From assembly GCA_963693365.1 (NCBI GenBank), contig CAVNZM010000002.1:6771943-6835942 (forward strand): a stretch of 64,000 nt of DNA, given 5' to 3'. Position numbers and translations under genes: made by a program. Shown one piece after another: positions 23,983-35,889 of this stretch (the stretch's first letter is position 1; every line of letters begins with the position of its first letter). The DNA comes from Amoebidium appalachense (taxonomy: Eukaryota; Protista; Ichthyosporea). The notes beneath the pieces are model-generated. The model ran no database searches. It was given only the letters and a program-made list of their open reading frames with translations, and was not told where the DNA came from.

Positions 23983-26734
23983 CCGGCGATGGTGTCCGCC
24001 GGGTGTGTGTGTCGGGCAACCCTGCCGGCCGGTTCTTCTACAAGTTCAAGTACGCCAGCGTGCGCCGGCTACGTCGGCTGCACACCGCCCAGGAGCAAGG
24101 GGGATACGATGCAGGTGCAGATGCAGGCGCCAACGACGAGGGGGAGGACTGGGGTTGGGGCACGGACACGGGGGAGGGCTCGGATGCCGAGGATGCCGAC
24201 ACCGACCCCCCACCCAACCTTGCCGAGTCGTCAGACGACGAGGGTGACGATGATGATGATGGCATCGACCTCATGCAGATGTCTGAGGGGGAGGGGGAGG
24301 GGGGTGAGGACGGGGGCAAGAAGAAGGACGACACGTGGACACAGCACCTGTGCACCGACTACGACTGCAAGGGGTGCGGGGGTTACATGCCCGGCAACCA
24401 CACGTGCCTCATACGCAGCAAGCGTGACCAGCGACGTGTGCATATGTGCACGCACACGGATGCAGACGGCAAGGAGTGTGACAGGGTGGCATGCTACTCC
24501 AACGAGCAGGGGGAGGGGGAGGAGGGGGAGGGGGAGGGGTCACCTGCACGGCAGAGGGCCAGGGTGGATGGTGCCGACGGCAGGGTGGGTGCACACGTGT
24601 GCAAGCTGCACCTGCCCGACGACGGCAGCAAGGGCCCGCATGGAGGCAGACCCGGCAGCCCATCCGGGACATAGTGCTCGACTTCGAGACCATGCCCGTG
24701 CCTGCACCCGACCACACCGACGACAACCCCCACTTCATACACATTGTCTACCTTGCAGTGGCCACATACGTCGAGCCGGCGGCCAGCCAGCCCTCAGCCC
24801 CCATCATCTTCTGGCCTGAGGCCTCTGCCGACGGCAAGAACGGCTGGGATGTGTTGATGGAAGACCACCACCATGTTATTGACAAGGTGGTGAAGTGGCT
24901 GTTTGACACACCGCCACATGCCGGCGGCCGGGTGTTTTGCCACAACGGTAGTGGTTTCGACTTCCACTTTATGACCAAGAGGGTGGTGGGCAGCCAGGAC
25001 TATGTGTACGTCCCCATCATGGCCAACAGCAAGATCAAGTCCTGCCGTATCCGTCACTACATCAAGAATGCCGGTGCACCGGCACCCCCCGGCCCCGAGC
25101 CCATGCACGTGGACGGCGATGGCCATGGCCATGGTGATGGCCATGGTGATGGCCATGGCGAAGCAGCAGCAGGCACCGGGCACAAGAGGAGGCACGGGGG
25201 GCAGAGGGGGGACGGCAGCCGCACAACGGTGGTGGAGCTGGCGTTCGTGGACACCCTCAACTTCCTCACCATGTCACTGTCGGATGCTGGCAAGGCCATG
25301 GGCTGCCAGGAGACCAAGGGCCACTTCCCCCACCGTGCAGCCACGTTTGCCAACTTCAAGGCCGGCCGCATTGCCTTCCCCGGGCCCGAGGACTTTGGGG
25401 CCCAGGACATGAAGCCCAGGCAGCATACTGCCTTCATGCAGTGGTGGCACGAGGAGCAGGCACGTCTGCACGAGGGGGCACCGGCGGCCACATGCTACGA
25501 CATTGTGCAGCAGTGCGAGGACTACTGCGTCAAGGACGTGGTGCTGCTGCAGCAGGTGGTCAAGGCCTTCATGTCCAAGCTGGTGGAGCTGACGGGCATC
25601 GACCCCTTCACGTGCGTCACCCTTGCTTCCCTCGCCATGCACTTCTGGATCACGCAGGCCATGCCCAAGGACGTGGCCGTGATGCGTGACCAGACCATGG
25701 GCAACGTGAACAGCAGCAAGAAGGAGCAGGAGTACATCGACTACATCACCCACAGCCTGGGGGTGGGGCCAGACGACGCTGCACGGCACGTGGCCACCGG
25801 GTACGGCCCCCACGGCAGGGCCACGGCCGATGCCAAGGCCACCCACGACGACGGCACGTGCACCTACTACTTCTTCCATGGGTGTGTGTTCCATGGGTGC
25901 CCCGACTGCAACAGGCACGAGGATCTGACGATGAGGGTGGTGAAGAGGCCGGCCAGGGAGGCCTACGACAGCACCATGGCCCACGAGCGTTACATCCGTG
26001 CCCAGGGGCACAAGGTGCAGAGCATGTGGGAGTGCAGGTGGGACAGGCTGAGGCAGAGCCCCGAGGTCAAGGCTGCACTTGCAACCCAGGCAGCACGGAG
26101 GGAGGGCACCGGCAGGGTGGCCCCCGTGCCCACGGGCCCCGTGCAGTTCCGTGATGCCTTCTTTGGTGGTCGCACCGAGGTGATCACCCGTCACATCGAG
26201 GTCAAGGAGGAGGACCAGCCGGCGGCCGGGCTCAAGTACGTCGACGTCACCTCCCTCTACCCGTACGTCATGATTGACAAGTACATGCCGGTGGGCAAGT
26301 CACAGTGGTTCACCTGCCTGCCCATCAAGCCGGAGGACCACCCATCGGCCATCGTCACCGACCCCCAGGTGCTCAAGGAGAGGCTCGACAAGACGTGCCG
26401 TATGGCCCCCGGCTCCCCCCAGGCCAGGACCAAGGGGTACTATGGTGTTGCACGTGTGAGGGTGCTGCCCCCCAAGGACCTCTTTATTCCGGTGCTGCCG
26501 GTGCGAATGACGGGTGCCCAGGGGTACGACAAGCTGGGCTTTGTGCTGTGCAGGGCCTGCAGCAGCAAGGAGGAGGCCCGGGCCACCTGCATGGACGAGG
26601 ACGGCAACCCCAGGGTACGTGAGCACACACTGTGCACACACACGGACGAGGAGAGTGTTGGAAGATGGTATCGTTATCCAGTCCGATCGCATGAATCAGA
26701 TCATGATCGGCTGGTGGCCTGCGAGATCTTAACC

Positions 26735-26806
26735 GATCCGTAGCTCAGTTGGTAGAGCACTCGACCGGAGATAGAGGGGTCGCGGGTTCAAATCCCGTCG
26801 GGATCA
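26735..26806 (+). tRNA. tRNA-like sequence in LTR1 (1-nt acceptor-stem deletion; probably not a translational tRNA)
   Basis: Box A TAGCTCAGTTGG, box B GGTTCAAATCC, cloverleaf arms present, followed by TTTTTT. Confidence 0.7.
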
Positions 26807-27102
26807 TTTTTTCTCATCCTCTTCTCGCTGGGGTAAAAGCCAGCACGCCTTTACTGGCGTCATCACAACCATCGGCAGTGGTTAGGTTGTGATCTCAAGG
26901 CTAGCAAGATCGCTAGTCTCTGCACCAGGACAAAATCCAAAATGGTAGCATGAACAGGGGTTCAGTGGGGACTGAGGGGGCAGTCCACCCTAACCTGATT
27001 CTGCGATTCGTCCTGAGTGGGGATGTTGGAAGATGGTATCGTTATCCAGTCCGATCGCATGAATCAGATCATGATCGGCTGGTGGCCTGCGAGATCTTAA
27101 CC

Positions 27103-27175
27103 GATCTCGTAGCTCAGTTGGTAGAGCACTCGACCGGAGATAGAGGGGTCGCGGGTTCAAATCCCGTCGGGATCA
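27103..27175 (+). tRNA. tRNA-like sequence in LTR2 (73 nt, anticodon position GGA, short variable loop)
   Basis: Acceptor GATCTCG/CGGGATC, D arm GCTC/GAGC, anticodon arm CTCGA/TAGAG with loop CCGGAGA, T arm GCGGG-TTCAAAT-CCCGT, discriminator A, then a T6 Pol III terminator. Confidence 0.75.
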
Positions 27176-28813
27176 TTTTTTCTCATCCTCTTCTCGCTGG
27201 GGTAAAAGCCAGCACGCCTTTACTGGCGTCATCACAACCATTGGCAGTGGTTAGGTTGTGATCTCAAGGCTAGCAAGATCGCTAATCTCTGCACCAGGAC
27301 AAAATCCAAAAGAGAGGGCGCTGGTGGGCACGTGGACGACGGAGGAGTTGAAGGTGGCCGTGCGTGACGGGTACACCATACTCGACGTGTACGACGTGGT
27401 GCACTTCAAGAAAGCGGAAGTACGTGCAGACGTTCCTGAAGGTGAAGCTCACCAGCACCACCGTCGACCCGGCCGACATTCCTGCCCTCGTGCACCTGTT
27501 CAAGGAGCACTACGGCGTTACGGTGACCGCCGACGAGTTTGACCCCAACCCGGCCCTGCGTACCATCAGCAAGCTGTTTCTGAACAGCCTCTGGGGCAAG
27601 TTGGTGCAGAGGGCGGGGCTGGACACCATCGAGTTTGTCGACGACGTCGACCGGCTGAGGCTGCTGGTGACCAACCCCAACCTCCTGGTGCTCGACGTCG
27701 AGCCCATCGGCGAGCAGAGGGTGGCCATCAAGTACCGGCCCAAGAAGGAGACGGCCCCACCCCCTCCTATGCCAACATTGCCATTGGCACGTACGTCACT
27801 GCACATGCCCGGCTGCACCTCTACGGGGCCCTCCGGTCCCTGTCCCCCCAGCAGGTGGTGTACATGGACACCGACTCCATCGTGTACCACTACGACAGCA
27901 GGGTGCCCCACCTCCGCCACAACATCGACTCCACCAACGGCGACCTGCTGGGCAACTGGAAGAACGAGACCACCACCCCCATCGTCGAGTTCGTGGGGGT
28001 GGCCCCCAAGACGTATGCCTACCGCACCCAGGACGGCAAGACCGACGTCAAGGTCAAGGGCATCACCCTCTCCCGCCGTGCAGCCGACACCGTCAACATG
28101 CCCAACCTCTGTAGGCTGGTGCACGGCGAGCTGCCGAGTGTGAGCGTCACCAACCACCGGCTGCTCCGTGAACCCGTGCCCGGGGTCCCCCACAACTACC
28201 ACCTGGCCAGCAAGGACCAGCGTAAGACACAGTCGGGTGCCTTCGACAAGAGGGGGGTGTTTGAGGCGGCAGACGGTAGTGTACGCAGCTACCCCATTGG
28301 GTGGGCTGCACCGGAGGGCACGCTGCAGTTTTGATTAGGGGAGGGGGTTAGTTAGAGCATGCGGACCATACGTAGTCTAAGCACCTGAAGTTACATTAGA
28401 GTAAATTTGAAAATTATATGAGGTGTCTGTTAACTTAGCTTTGAAAGATAGAAAAATGGGGTACCATGTGCACGGGCAGGGGGGTCAGAAGAAGAACTTA
28501 AAGAAAAAGAGTGTGTTTTTAGGTATACACCATGTGCACCGTGTGCACGAGGGGCAACAGCCATTAAAATCAGGACTTAATGCAAACACAAACACAAACG
28601 TGTCGTTCAGCAGACCACCACATGCAGGCACAGGTAGAAACAACACCAACACCACCACCGTACATGCATACAAGGGTGGGAGGCTTGCCAGAAAGAGCAG
28701 GCACCAAAACATATAAAAGGCGCACACACATGTACACAAACACTTCACTTTTTGCAACACCCGTAGACACACACACACACACACACACACACACGTAAAA
28801 AATTAAAATTAAA

Positions 28814-29689
28814 ATGGACGAGGACACACTGCTAAGTATGGTGGCCGACACCACAGACCCTGAGAAGCTGCTAGACTTGTGCCCCTTCCTCTATGACATG
28901 TACTGCAACACCACCACCACACAACCAAAACCACAGCCACCGTGTGCATGTTGGTGGGCATCCTGCAAGGAGAGGGAGACGTGCACGGGGGAACACGACG
29001 AATACGAGCACGACGGAGGGGACCAGGAGTACGTGTACGAGGAGGGGGGAGGGAGGGGGGAGGGGGAGGAGGAGGAGGAGGACTGGGTGTACGACGGGAG
29101 GGGGTGGGAGGGGAGTGACGGTGAGGGGAGGAAGACGTACGAGGGATGCACGGCCTTCTGGGACAGAAAGAGGTCTCAGCCGTACAGACACATTAACCAC
29201 TTCAAGCAGCTGCTGCAGTCGGTGCAAGGGCTGAATGCGTCTATGGGGGACATGCAGGAGGGGGTGGTGGCAGCATTCAGGGGCGTGCAACACAGAGAGA
29301 GTGCAGACCAGGCAAGGAGGGTGTTGAGGCAGAACAAGCTCACACGGCACTACGTGCACGTACCTTATATCATGAACAGGCTGTACGGGCACCCCCTCCC
29401 TAGGTTCACGTGCGAGCAGTTGGAGTTGCTGACGGGCATGTTTAAGTTTTCCTTGTCGTGGCACCGCCGGTACAAGGACGAGGCAAGGAAGAACTTTGTG
29501 GGGTACCCCTTCCTACTGGTGAAAATGGTAGGGTTAGTGAGTGGCATGGACGCAGAGGTGGTGGCCAGGCTGGTGCCTGCCGTCAAAAGCAAGGTGACTA
29601 GAGCAAAGTGTGACAGGGTGTGGGTGCAGCTGGAGAGGGACCTCAAGAACTACCACATGCTTACGGAATACAACATGTTTTGCTTGTAG
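28814..29689 (+). CDS. VLTF3-like (poxvirus A2 family) late transcription factor
   Basis: Intact, intronless 291-aa ORF with the family pattern Y-R-x-NHF-x-x-LL, HY.HVP.I...L.G.P.P, MF, RKNF..Y...L.K, VKS......D.VW. TATAAAA lies ~100 bp upstream (28712). Recognised from motif memory, not from a search. Confidence 0.8.
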   Translation: MDEDTLLSMVADTTDPEKLLDLCPFLYDMYCNTTTTQPKPQPPCACWWASCKERETCTGEHDEYEHDGGDQEYVYEEGGGRGEGEEEEEDWVYDGRGWEGSDGEGRKTYEGCTAFWDRKRSQPYRHINHFKQLLQSVQGLNASMGDMQEGVVAAFRGVQHRESADQARRVLRQNKLTRHYVHVPYIMNRLYGHPLPRFTCEQLELLTGMFKFSLSWHRRYKDEARKNFVGYPFLLVKMVGLVSGMDAEVVARLVPAVKSKVTRAKCDRVWVQLERDLKNYHMLTEYNMFCL

Positions 29690-29759
29690 CCTGGTGCTAC
29701 TTGTACCTATAGACTTGGTGGACAAGACTTGTCATCAGCAAACTTGGAAAACCCTCCGG

Positions 29760-30490
29760 AGATGATCCGAGTATATGTTGAAGATATCTAACGCACGAAC
29801 CCATCCTGAACCCATCCCTAGATCCAGTGGTTAATCTGTAGATATCTAATATGCATTAGATATCTATTTGGATATCTACTGCTGGATATCCTAGAGATAT
29901 CTAATGGTTAATGGATAGGCTATCTAGCAGTTTTTAGATATTATCTACCAAAAATTAGATATCCAATGGGATATCTAATGATGGATATCTTCAGATGATC
30001 TAAAGAGAATCTAAAGATATCCATATTGCCAATGTTTTGGCCGCTAACCTATCCAGTAACCTATCCACTTATGGCTCTAACGGATATGTACTGGATATCT
30101 AATGAGTGGACGCGAATGACATCAGACACAGAACACTTATTTAGGACATATATACATGATATCCATTAGATGTGTATATGTGCTCTACCTAGATATGTTC
30201 AAATAACACATCAACAATTGGATGTGTCGTTATAGCATTTGTAAGGCATCTAAGAATATCTAAATGGATATACAATAGATGCACTACTGCTGAATAGGTC
30301 AACACAATATATACAGAAGATATCCAATAGGAGGATCTTAACATGCATAGCATACCCATAACCTATCCAATGGATATGTTATACATATACGATGGTATAT
30401 CATTAAAGTATGCTCAACATATCTAATACAATGCATAATATTACGGAATATCGTAATATACGATTACGAGCTGTCGTAATATCATTATAC
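29760..30490. repeat. Subterminal region dense in GATATC / TGGATA / TATCTA motifs
   Basis: Many short motif copies in both orientations, mirrored at 41700-41960. This is typical of CACTA-type subterminal transposase-binding repeats. Confidence 0.65.
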
Positions 30491-30509
30491 GAAAAGTAAC
30501 CACCACCGT

Positions 30510-30557
<48 letters not shown>

Positions 30558-30999
30558 CCCCCCCTCCCCTCCCCCCCCCCTCCTTCTTACCTGTCTAACT
30601 TTTTCACAATTTGTACACGAGATACCATTAAGACTGTTGTTCCTTTATGTCTCGCTCCACTGGAGCAGAGACCGCACAAGTTGTTCATGTTAAACTGTTG
30701 TTCCTTTATGTCTCGCTCCACTGGAGCAGAGACCGCACAAGTTGTTCATGTTAAAAAATTTCTAAGTCTCACTCCACAGGAGTAGAGACCATTTCACTCT
30801 GTTAGACTCCACAGGAGTCCAGCTTTCACCGAACAAACTAAACAAACCAACAAACCAACAAACAAAACAAAACAAACATCATCACACAAATAAAATACGA
30901 AGTCTAAATCTCACCCCTATCTCCCTATCTCCCCCCTGCAGAGGCCGGGACTACACCAAAAGAGACATAAACTAAGTATTAATTCTTTTTTTTTTTCCT

Positions 31000-31041
<42 letters not shown>

Positions 31042-31098
31042 CTTTCCCTATTCCTCCTCATTCTAATCATCCTCAACCCTCCCACCCACATCGCCTTT

Positions 31099-32525
31099 CT
31101 ACTTTTTAACCCCACCTTCACCCTTCTCATCCCCACTCACTTCCCTCGCACGTTTTCCCCCGCCACTACTAACATCGCCATCCACCACCTCTTTACCTCC
31201 CCTAATCTTGGCCAACTCCTCCCAATACTTGTCATCCCCCCCCGCTTGCGCAACACCCTCCTGCTCATCAGAACCACCCGCTCTATCACGAGACACAGGT
31301 GACCCATGCACAATGTCATCACCACCCACCCCGCTAGACGCCACGCCCTGGGCCTTTTTACCCTTCTTCATGAGGCGCCCGGCACTGGCATCCGACAAGT
31401 CGTCGTCTGACTTGGGCCGCTTCTTGGAGCCAGAGTTCTCCATCTCGTCAGCCGCCATGCCAGTGTCATCAGAAACCTCGCCGGTGTCGTCTTTTGCCGT
31501 GGACTGCTTCGTGGAGGGCTTGTCGTCTCCCTTCTCGTCTTGCTCATCAGCTGACAGGCTGAGGACTGCCTTCTCCCGGACCTTGCAGATCTTTTCCCAG
31601 GTCTTTGCATACTGGTTGGGACAGAAGGAGATTGTGTGAGTGTTTTTAACTTTTCTGGCTAGCCTGAGCATGTATTTACCTGGGAAAAATGCTATCACAA
31701 TGTTACCATACCAAACCTAAAGATGACATGATAGGATGATACTTGCCCATGCTTAGGAGATATCCTAAAACACTACGATGATACGTAACCCATACATACG
31801 ACTTATCAATATCATCATTTCGATATCCATACGTTGTCGTTCGGACGGGAGCTAAAACACAAGGATGGGGGGGGGGGGGGGGGGGGGGGTTTGAATGCAG
31901 AACACGGTACGAAATACGCATACACGATGAGAAGCATGGTGCAGGACACATGCAAAGGCAAACATTCAAGCACGCAACATCAGCCATGTGCACAGTATGC
32001 GTCATAAGCAGAGCCCATCCTCAGGGAGGACGCAAGGGAGGGGGGGGGGGGGGTAGTTGTTTACCTTGCTGATCTCTGATGGCCGAGCACCACCCTCGTA
32101 GTCAGGCATGTCAGCTCCATACTTCACACTGTAGCTGACCACGAAATCTGAGTGGCAGACTTGTGGGCCATTGGATCCCGCAGTCCGCACTCAAATGTGT
32201 GGAGCATGAAGCTGAAGAGCTCGGGCAACGCCTTTTGAAACTCCTGTGTGGGTGTTGGTGTGTGTGTTGCGTGTACGTACACGTAAGCATGTGTGTATGT
32301 GGTGATGAGGAAAGGGGGGATTCTCCATTAGCAGCAAATAAAACCGAATTCGACAATGAAAAATCTGAAATGACTTGAGGAAGTGGGAAGCTGAATGGAT
32401 ACTGGATAACCATGCATGTACCGTTTCTCTGAGTGATAAGGATTGATATCTTGTGTGGTTATGTGTTGGTGATTCGTACGTGGGACAACAGGGGGAGGTG
32501 GGAGGGAGGGAGTGGGAGTGAGTGT

Positions 32526-32556
<31 letters not shown>

Positions 32557-32682
32557 GGGGGGGTCACAGTGCATTAAGAATGAACCAATAAGGAAGAACA
32601 ACAACATTAAACATGAATAAGCATGTTAAAAAAAGCACCATGAGAAGATTTCGTCTTTGATTGGGGTGTGGTGTGTGTGTGT

Positions 32683-32719
<37 letters not shown>

Positions 32720-33560
32720 AATGGGCACAAACGTTTAGTGTCTTGAAGCTGCTGAGGCGGTTCTTGATGTAGGAGCCGTTGATGGGGGACATGCACATAA
32801 TGCGGTGAAGGGCGGGGTTGCCCCATGGGTTGCCCTTCACCGGATCGACGCTGTACATGCGGCCACAGGGATGGTTGTTGCACTCAACTTGAACCTCCAC
32901 CAACCACCCCTCCCACGTCTTCTTGCGGTACCTAACCTGGTCTGCCAACTTGTCGGGGTCGGCGGCATTGACAGGGGCAACCTGGAACATCTGTGTTGGT
33001 GGGCATGGAGGCATTTGACAGTTTTTTGGAAGGGGGGGGGAGGGGGGAGGGGGGGGATGGGAGGGGCTTTTGGTGTGTGTGTGTTTTTTTGTATGTGTGG
33101 GTGGGGAAGTGAGTGAGTGAGTGTGTGTGTGTGTTTGGGGGGGGGGGGGGGGGGGGGGGGGTTAGAATGAATGAATAACACTAAATGCTAACATGTGAAA
33201 CACGCGTACGTTGTGCTGAAAGACAAAAGCACAAACTTATGAAGTCTAGAGAAGCAGAAAATAGCTTGAACGACTGGTGGAGGGGATGATAGCTATAGTG
33301 CTAACAGGAAAAGTAGTGCCCACAGTCGCTGGTTCATGAACGTGAAAAGGCAACGTGCATCTGCAGCCAGCAGAACACACGCACACGCACGCACACACAC
33401 ACACATACACACACACGCACACAGACACAGACACAGACACAGATATAATCACAGGCACGGACACAGACCAGACAGACAAACGCCATATGCACCAAAGCAG
33501 GCAACACAAAACTAACCTTCAAACGGCCTTTCAGCCGTTAGGCGAAGATGCTGCAGCATG
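31099..33560 (-). pseudogene. Multi-exon gene of unknown function inside the CACTA/Plavaka element (probable second ORF)
   Basis: Codon-like segments at ~33560-33517, 32989-32733, ~32243-32065, ~31847-31710 and ~31680-31099 have GT/AG borders and poly-C introns. One in-frame TGA lies near 32192. The C-terminus is acidic/basic and low-complexity. Confidence 0.5.
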
Positions 33561-33589
33561 CAGCATGGTCGAAACCATTCAGCACGGTG

Positions 33590-33730
33590 GCTGCGCGACC
33601 TGCGGAGGGGACCTGTGACCAGGCGACCTGCGGGAAGGGAACTGCGACCAGGCGACCTGCGGGAAGGGACCTGCGACCAGGCGACCTGCGGGAAAGGACC
33701 TGCGGACCTGCGGACCTGCGGGAAGGGGGA
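33590..33730. repeat. Short GC-rich tandem repeat (GCGACCTGCGGGAAGGGAC / GACCTGCG units)
   Basis: Visible reiteration of GACCTGCG and CGACCAGG units just upstream of the minus-strand gene. Confidence 0.8.
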
Positions 33731-34116
33731 AAAGAAATGGAGCAAACAACGTGCGTACAGGCTGAAACGGACAAAAAATTGCAAACCGGATTGGGTTTAG
33801 CCAATCACTATTTGCTATAGACCGGTTTAGTAACCGCCGCGCCTGATTAGGGAAAAGATAAAAATAGATTTCGGCTCGCGCGCGCGCGTGCATCAGCTTG
33901 GTGCCCTTAGCGGTGCCCTTAGTCATAACTATCAGACTATAGTTACGTGTCCTCCACGTGACCCCAGTCTTCCGAGGTGGTGTCATAGGTGGGCGCCAAC
34001 ACCAATAAATGACTGGTGACGGGTGTACAACCAAAGAAACTCAGCAGCACATATAATAACGTTGATGCTATACCCTGCCTAGTTGACGTAATAACTAGTG
34101 CACCATCGCACGCGTG

Positions 34117-34152
<36 letters not shown>

Positions 34153-34284
34153 GGGGGTGTTTTTGCCACGCGGTACCCCTGATATTGTAGGTGTACACTG
34201 CCCCCACAACCCCAACTGTGTGCTGAATATCTCGTGCTAGGAAACCAATAACGCGAAAGTAACACATGCTGCATGATATATGAT

Positions 34285-35547
34285 GTATATGGTACAAAGG
34301 GGGTTTCAATCCAGGCTACAATGTTGTGTTTTTTTCGGGTGACCCTCGTACTCCAGAGGCACACTCACCATCCCCCCCATAAACTTTGTGGTAAATTTCT
34401 CGTGCCAGAAGCTGTTCTGTGGGTAGTTATTGAAAAAACCAATAATGTGCAAGTAACATATGTACATATACTATGCTACAAGGGGGGGTTCTATTCGAGC
34501 TACAACGTTGTGTTTTTTTCGTGTGACCCTCGTACTCCAGGGACACATTCACCATCCCCCCCTAAACTTTGTGGTAAATTTCTCGTGCTAGAGGCTATTC
34601 TGTGGGTAGTTATTGAAAAACCAATAATGTCTAGGTAACATATGTACATATTCTCATAGGCTATGCTACAAGGGGGGTTCTATACGAGCTACAACGTTGT
34701 GTTTTTTTTTGTGTGACCCTCGTACTCCAGGGGCACATTCCCCATCCCCCCCATAAACTGTGTGGTATATTTCTCGTGCTAGAAGCTGTTCTGTGGGTAG
34801 TTATTGAAAAAACCAATAATGTGTAAGCAACACATGTACATATACTATGCTACAAGGGGGGTTCTATTCGAGCTACAACGTTGTGTTTTTTTCGTGTGAC
34901 CCTCGTACTCCAGGGGCACATTTACCATCCCCCCCATAAACTTTGTGGTAAATTTCTCGTGCTAGAGGCTGTTCTGTTGGTAGTTATTGAAAAAACCAAA
35001 AATGTCTACTGAGGTAACACATGGACATATACTATGCTACAAGGGGGGTTCTATACGAGCTACAACGTTGCGTTTTTTTCGTGTGACCCTCGTACTCCAG
35101 GGGCACATTTACCATCCCCCCCATAAACTTTGTGGTAAATTTCTCGTGCTAGAGGCTGTTCTGTGGGTAGTTATTGAAAAACCAATAATGTCTAGGTAAC
35201 ATATGTACATATTCTATGCTACAAGGGGGGTTCTAAACGAGCTACAACGTTGTGTTTTTTTCGTGTGACCCTCGTACTCCAGGGGCACATTCACCATCCC
35301 CCCCATAAACGTTTTGGTAAATTTCTCGTGCTAGAGGCTGTTCTGTGGGTAGTTATTGAAAAAACCAAAATGTCTAGGTAACACATGGACATATACTATG
35401 CTACAAGGGGGTTCTATACGAGCTACAACGTTGTGTTTTTTTCGTGTGACCCTCGTACTCCAGGGGCACATTCACCATCCCCCCTTATAATTTGTGGTGA
35501 ATTTCTCGTGGTAGAAGCTACTCTGTGGGTAATAATTGAAAAAACCC
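34285..35547. repeat. Tandem array A, ~7 copies, 182-190-bp unit
   Basis: TACAAGGGGG anchor at 34293, 34477, 34667, 34851, 35038, 35220, 35402. Confidence 0.93.
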
Positions 35548-35798
35548 GATGCTTATAAGTAACGCATCATGCGGCACAAATTGTCATCATAGCATTATAC
35601 TACCATAGTAGTTGGTCGACAATAACGATATATTGGGAACGTGGACACCATATTGTCAACCAAAAAATAATAACACCATAATATACTACACATACCTAAC
35701 AATGTATTGTGAATGAATAAAATACTTGCTTACGTGCTGGTAACATACGAGAAACAAGGATTCTCTCGCTCTTTTTTTCTTTCTTTTTTGTTTGTTTT

Positions 35799-35889
<91 letters not shown>

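Larger units (their letters stand above)
26656..27311 (+). mobile_element. Non-autonomous miniature LTR retroelement (TRIM) with tRNA-derived LTRs
   Basis: LTRs 26656-26942 and 27024-27311 (TGTTGGA...TCCAAAA, about 3 differences). PBS TGGTAGCA at 26943, 81-bp internal region, purine-rich GAGTGGGGA before LTR2. 5-bp TSD GAGAG (26651-26655, 27312-27316). Removing it restores the pPolB frame HTDEE|RALVGTW. Confidence 0.92.
23983..28334 (+). pseudogene. Protein-primed DNA polymerase B, C-terminal half (Cys/His clusters, 3'-5' exonuclease, Vsr-like insert, polymerase)
   Basis: Motifs: HLC..YDCKGC..NHTC, VLDFET (ExoI), HNGSGFDFHF (ExoII), KGHFPH, YCVKDV (ExoIII), FHGCVFHGCPDC/MWECRW (Vsr-like), FFGGRTE, YVDVTSLYPYVM (A), HTDEERALVGTW, KLFLNSLWGK (B), YMDTDS (C), PKTY, KVKG. 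There is no start codon. Frameshifts lie near 24635, 27418 and 27760, and an LTR insertion interrupts it at 26656-27311. Confidence 0.93.

Noticed and set aside
26735-27175. Two functional tRNA-Ser(GGA) genes
   Set aside because: There is no long variable arm, position 33 is C, the stems have defects, and both lie inside LTRs. Treated as tRNA-derived.
25057-28202. Long antisense and alternative-frame ORFs over pPolB (and over 57690-59398)
   Set aside because: These are shadow ORFs expected from GC-rich codon usage and carry no motifs.
30440-30500. loxP-like sequence (TTATACGAAAAGTAAC)
   Set aside because: Only a partial half-site resemblance in AT-rich DNA, with no matching inverted arm or recombinase.
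32140-32190. PQVCHSD read as a 2OG-Fe(II) oxygenase HxD motif
   Set aside because: The motif is too short, and no distal His or fold pattern was found.
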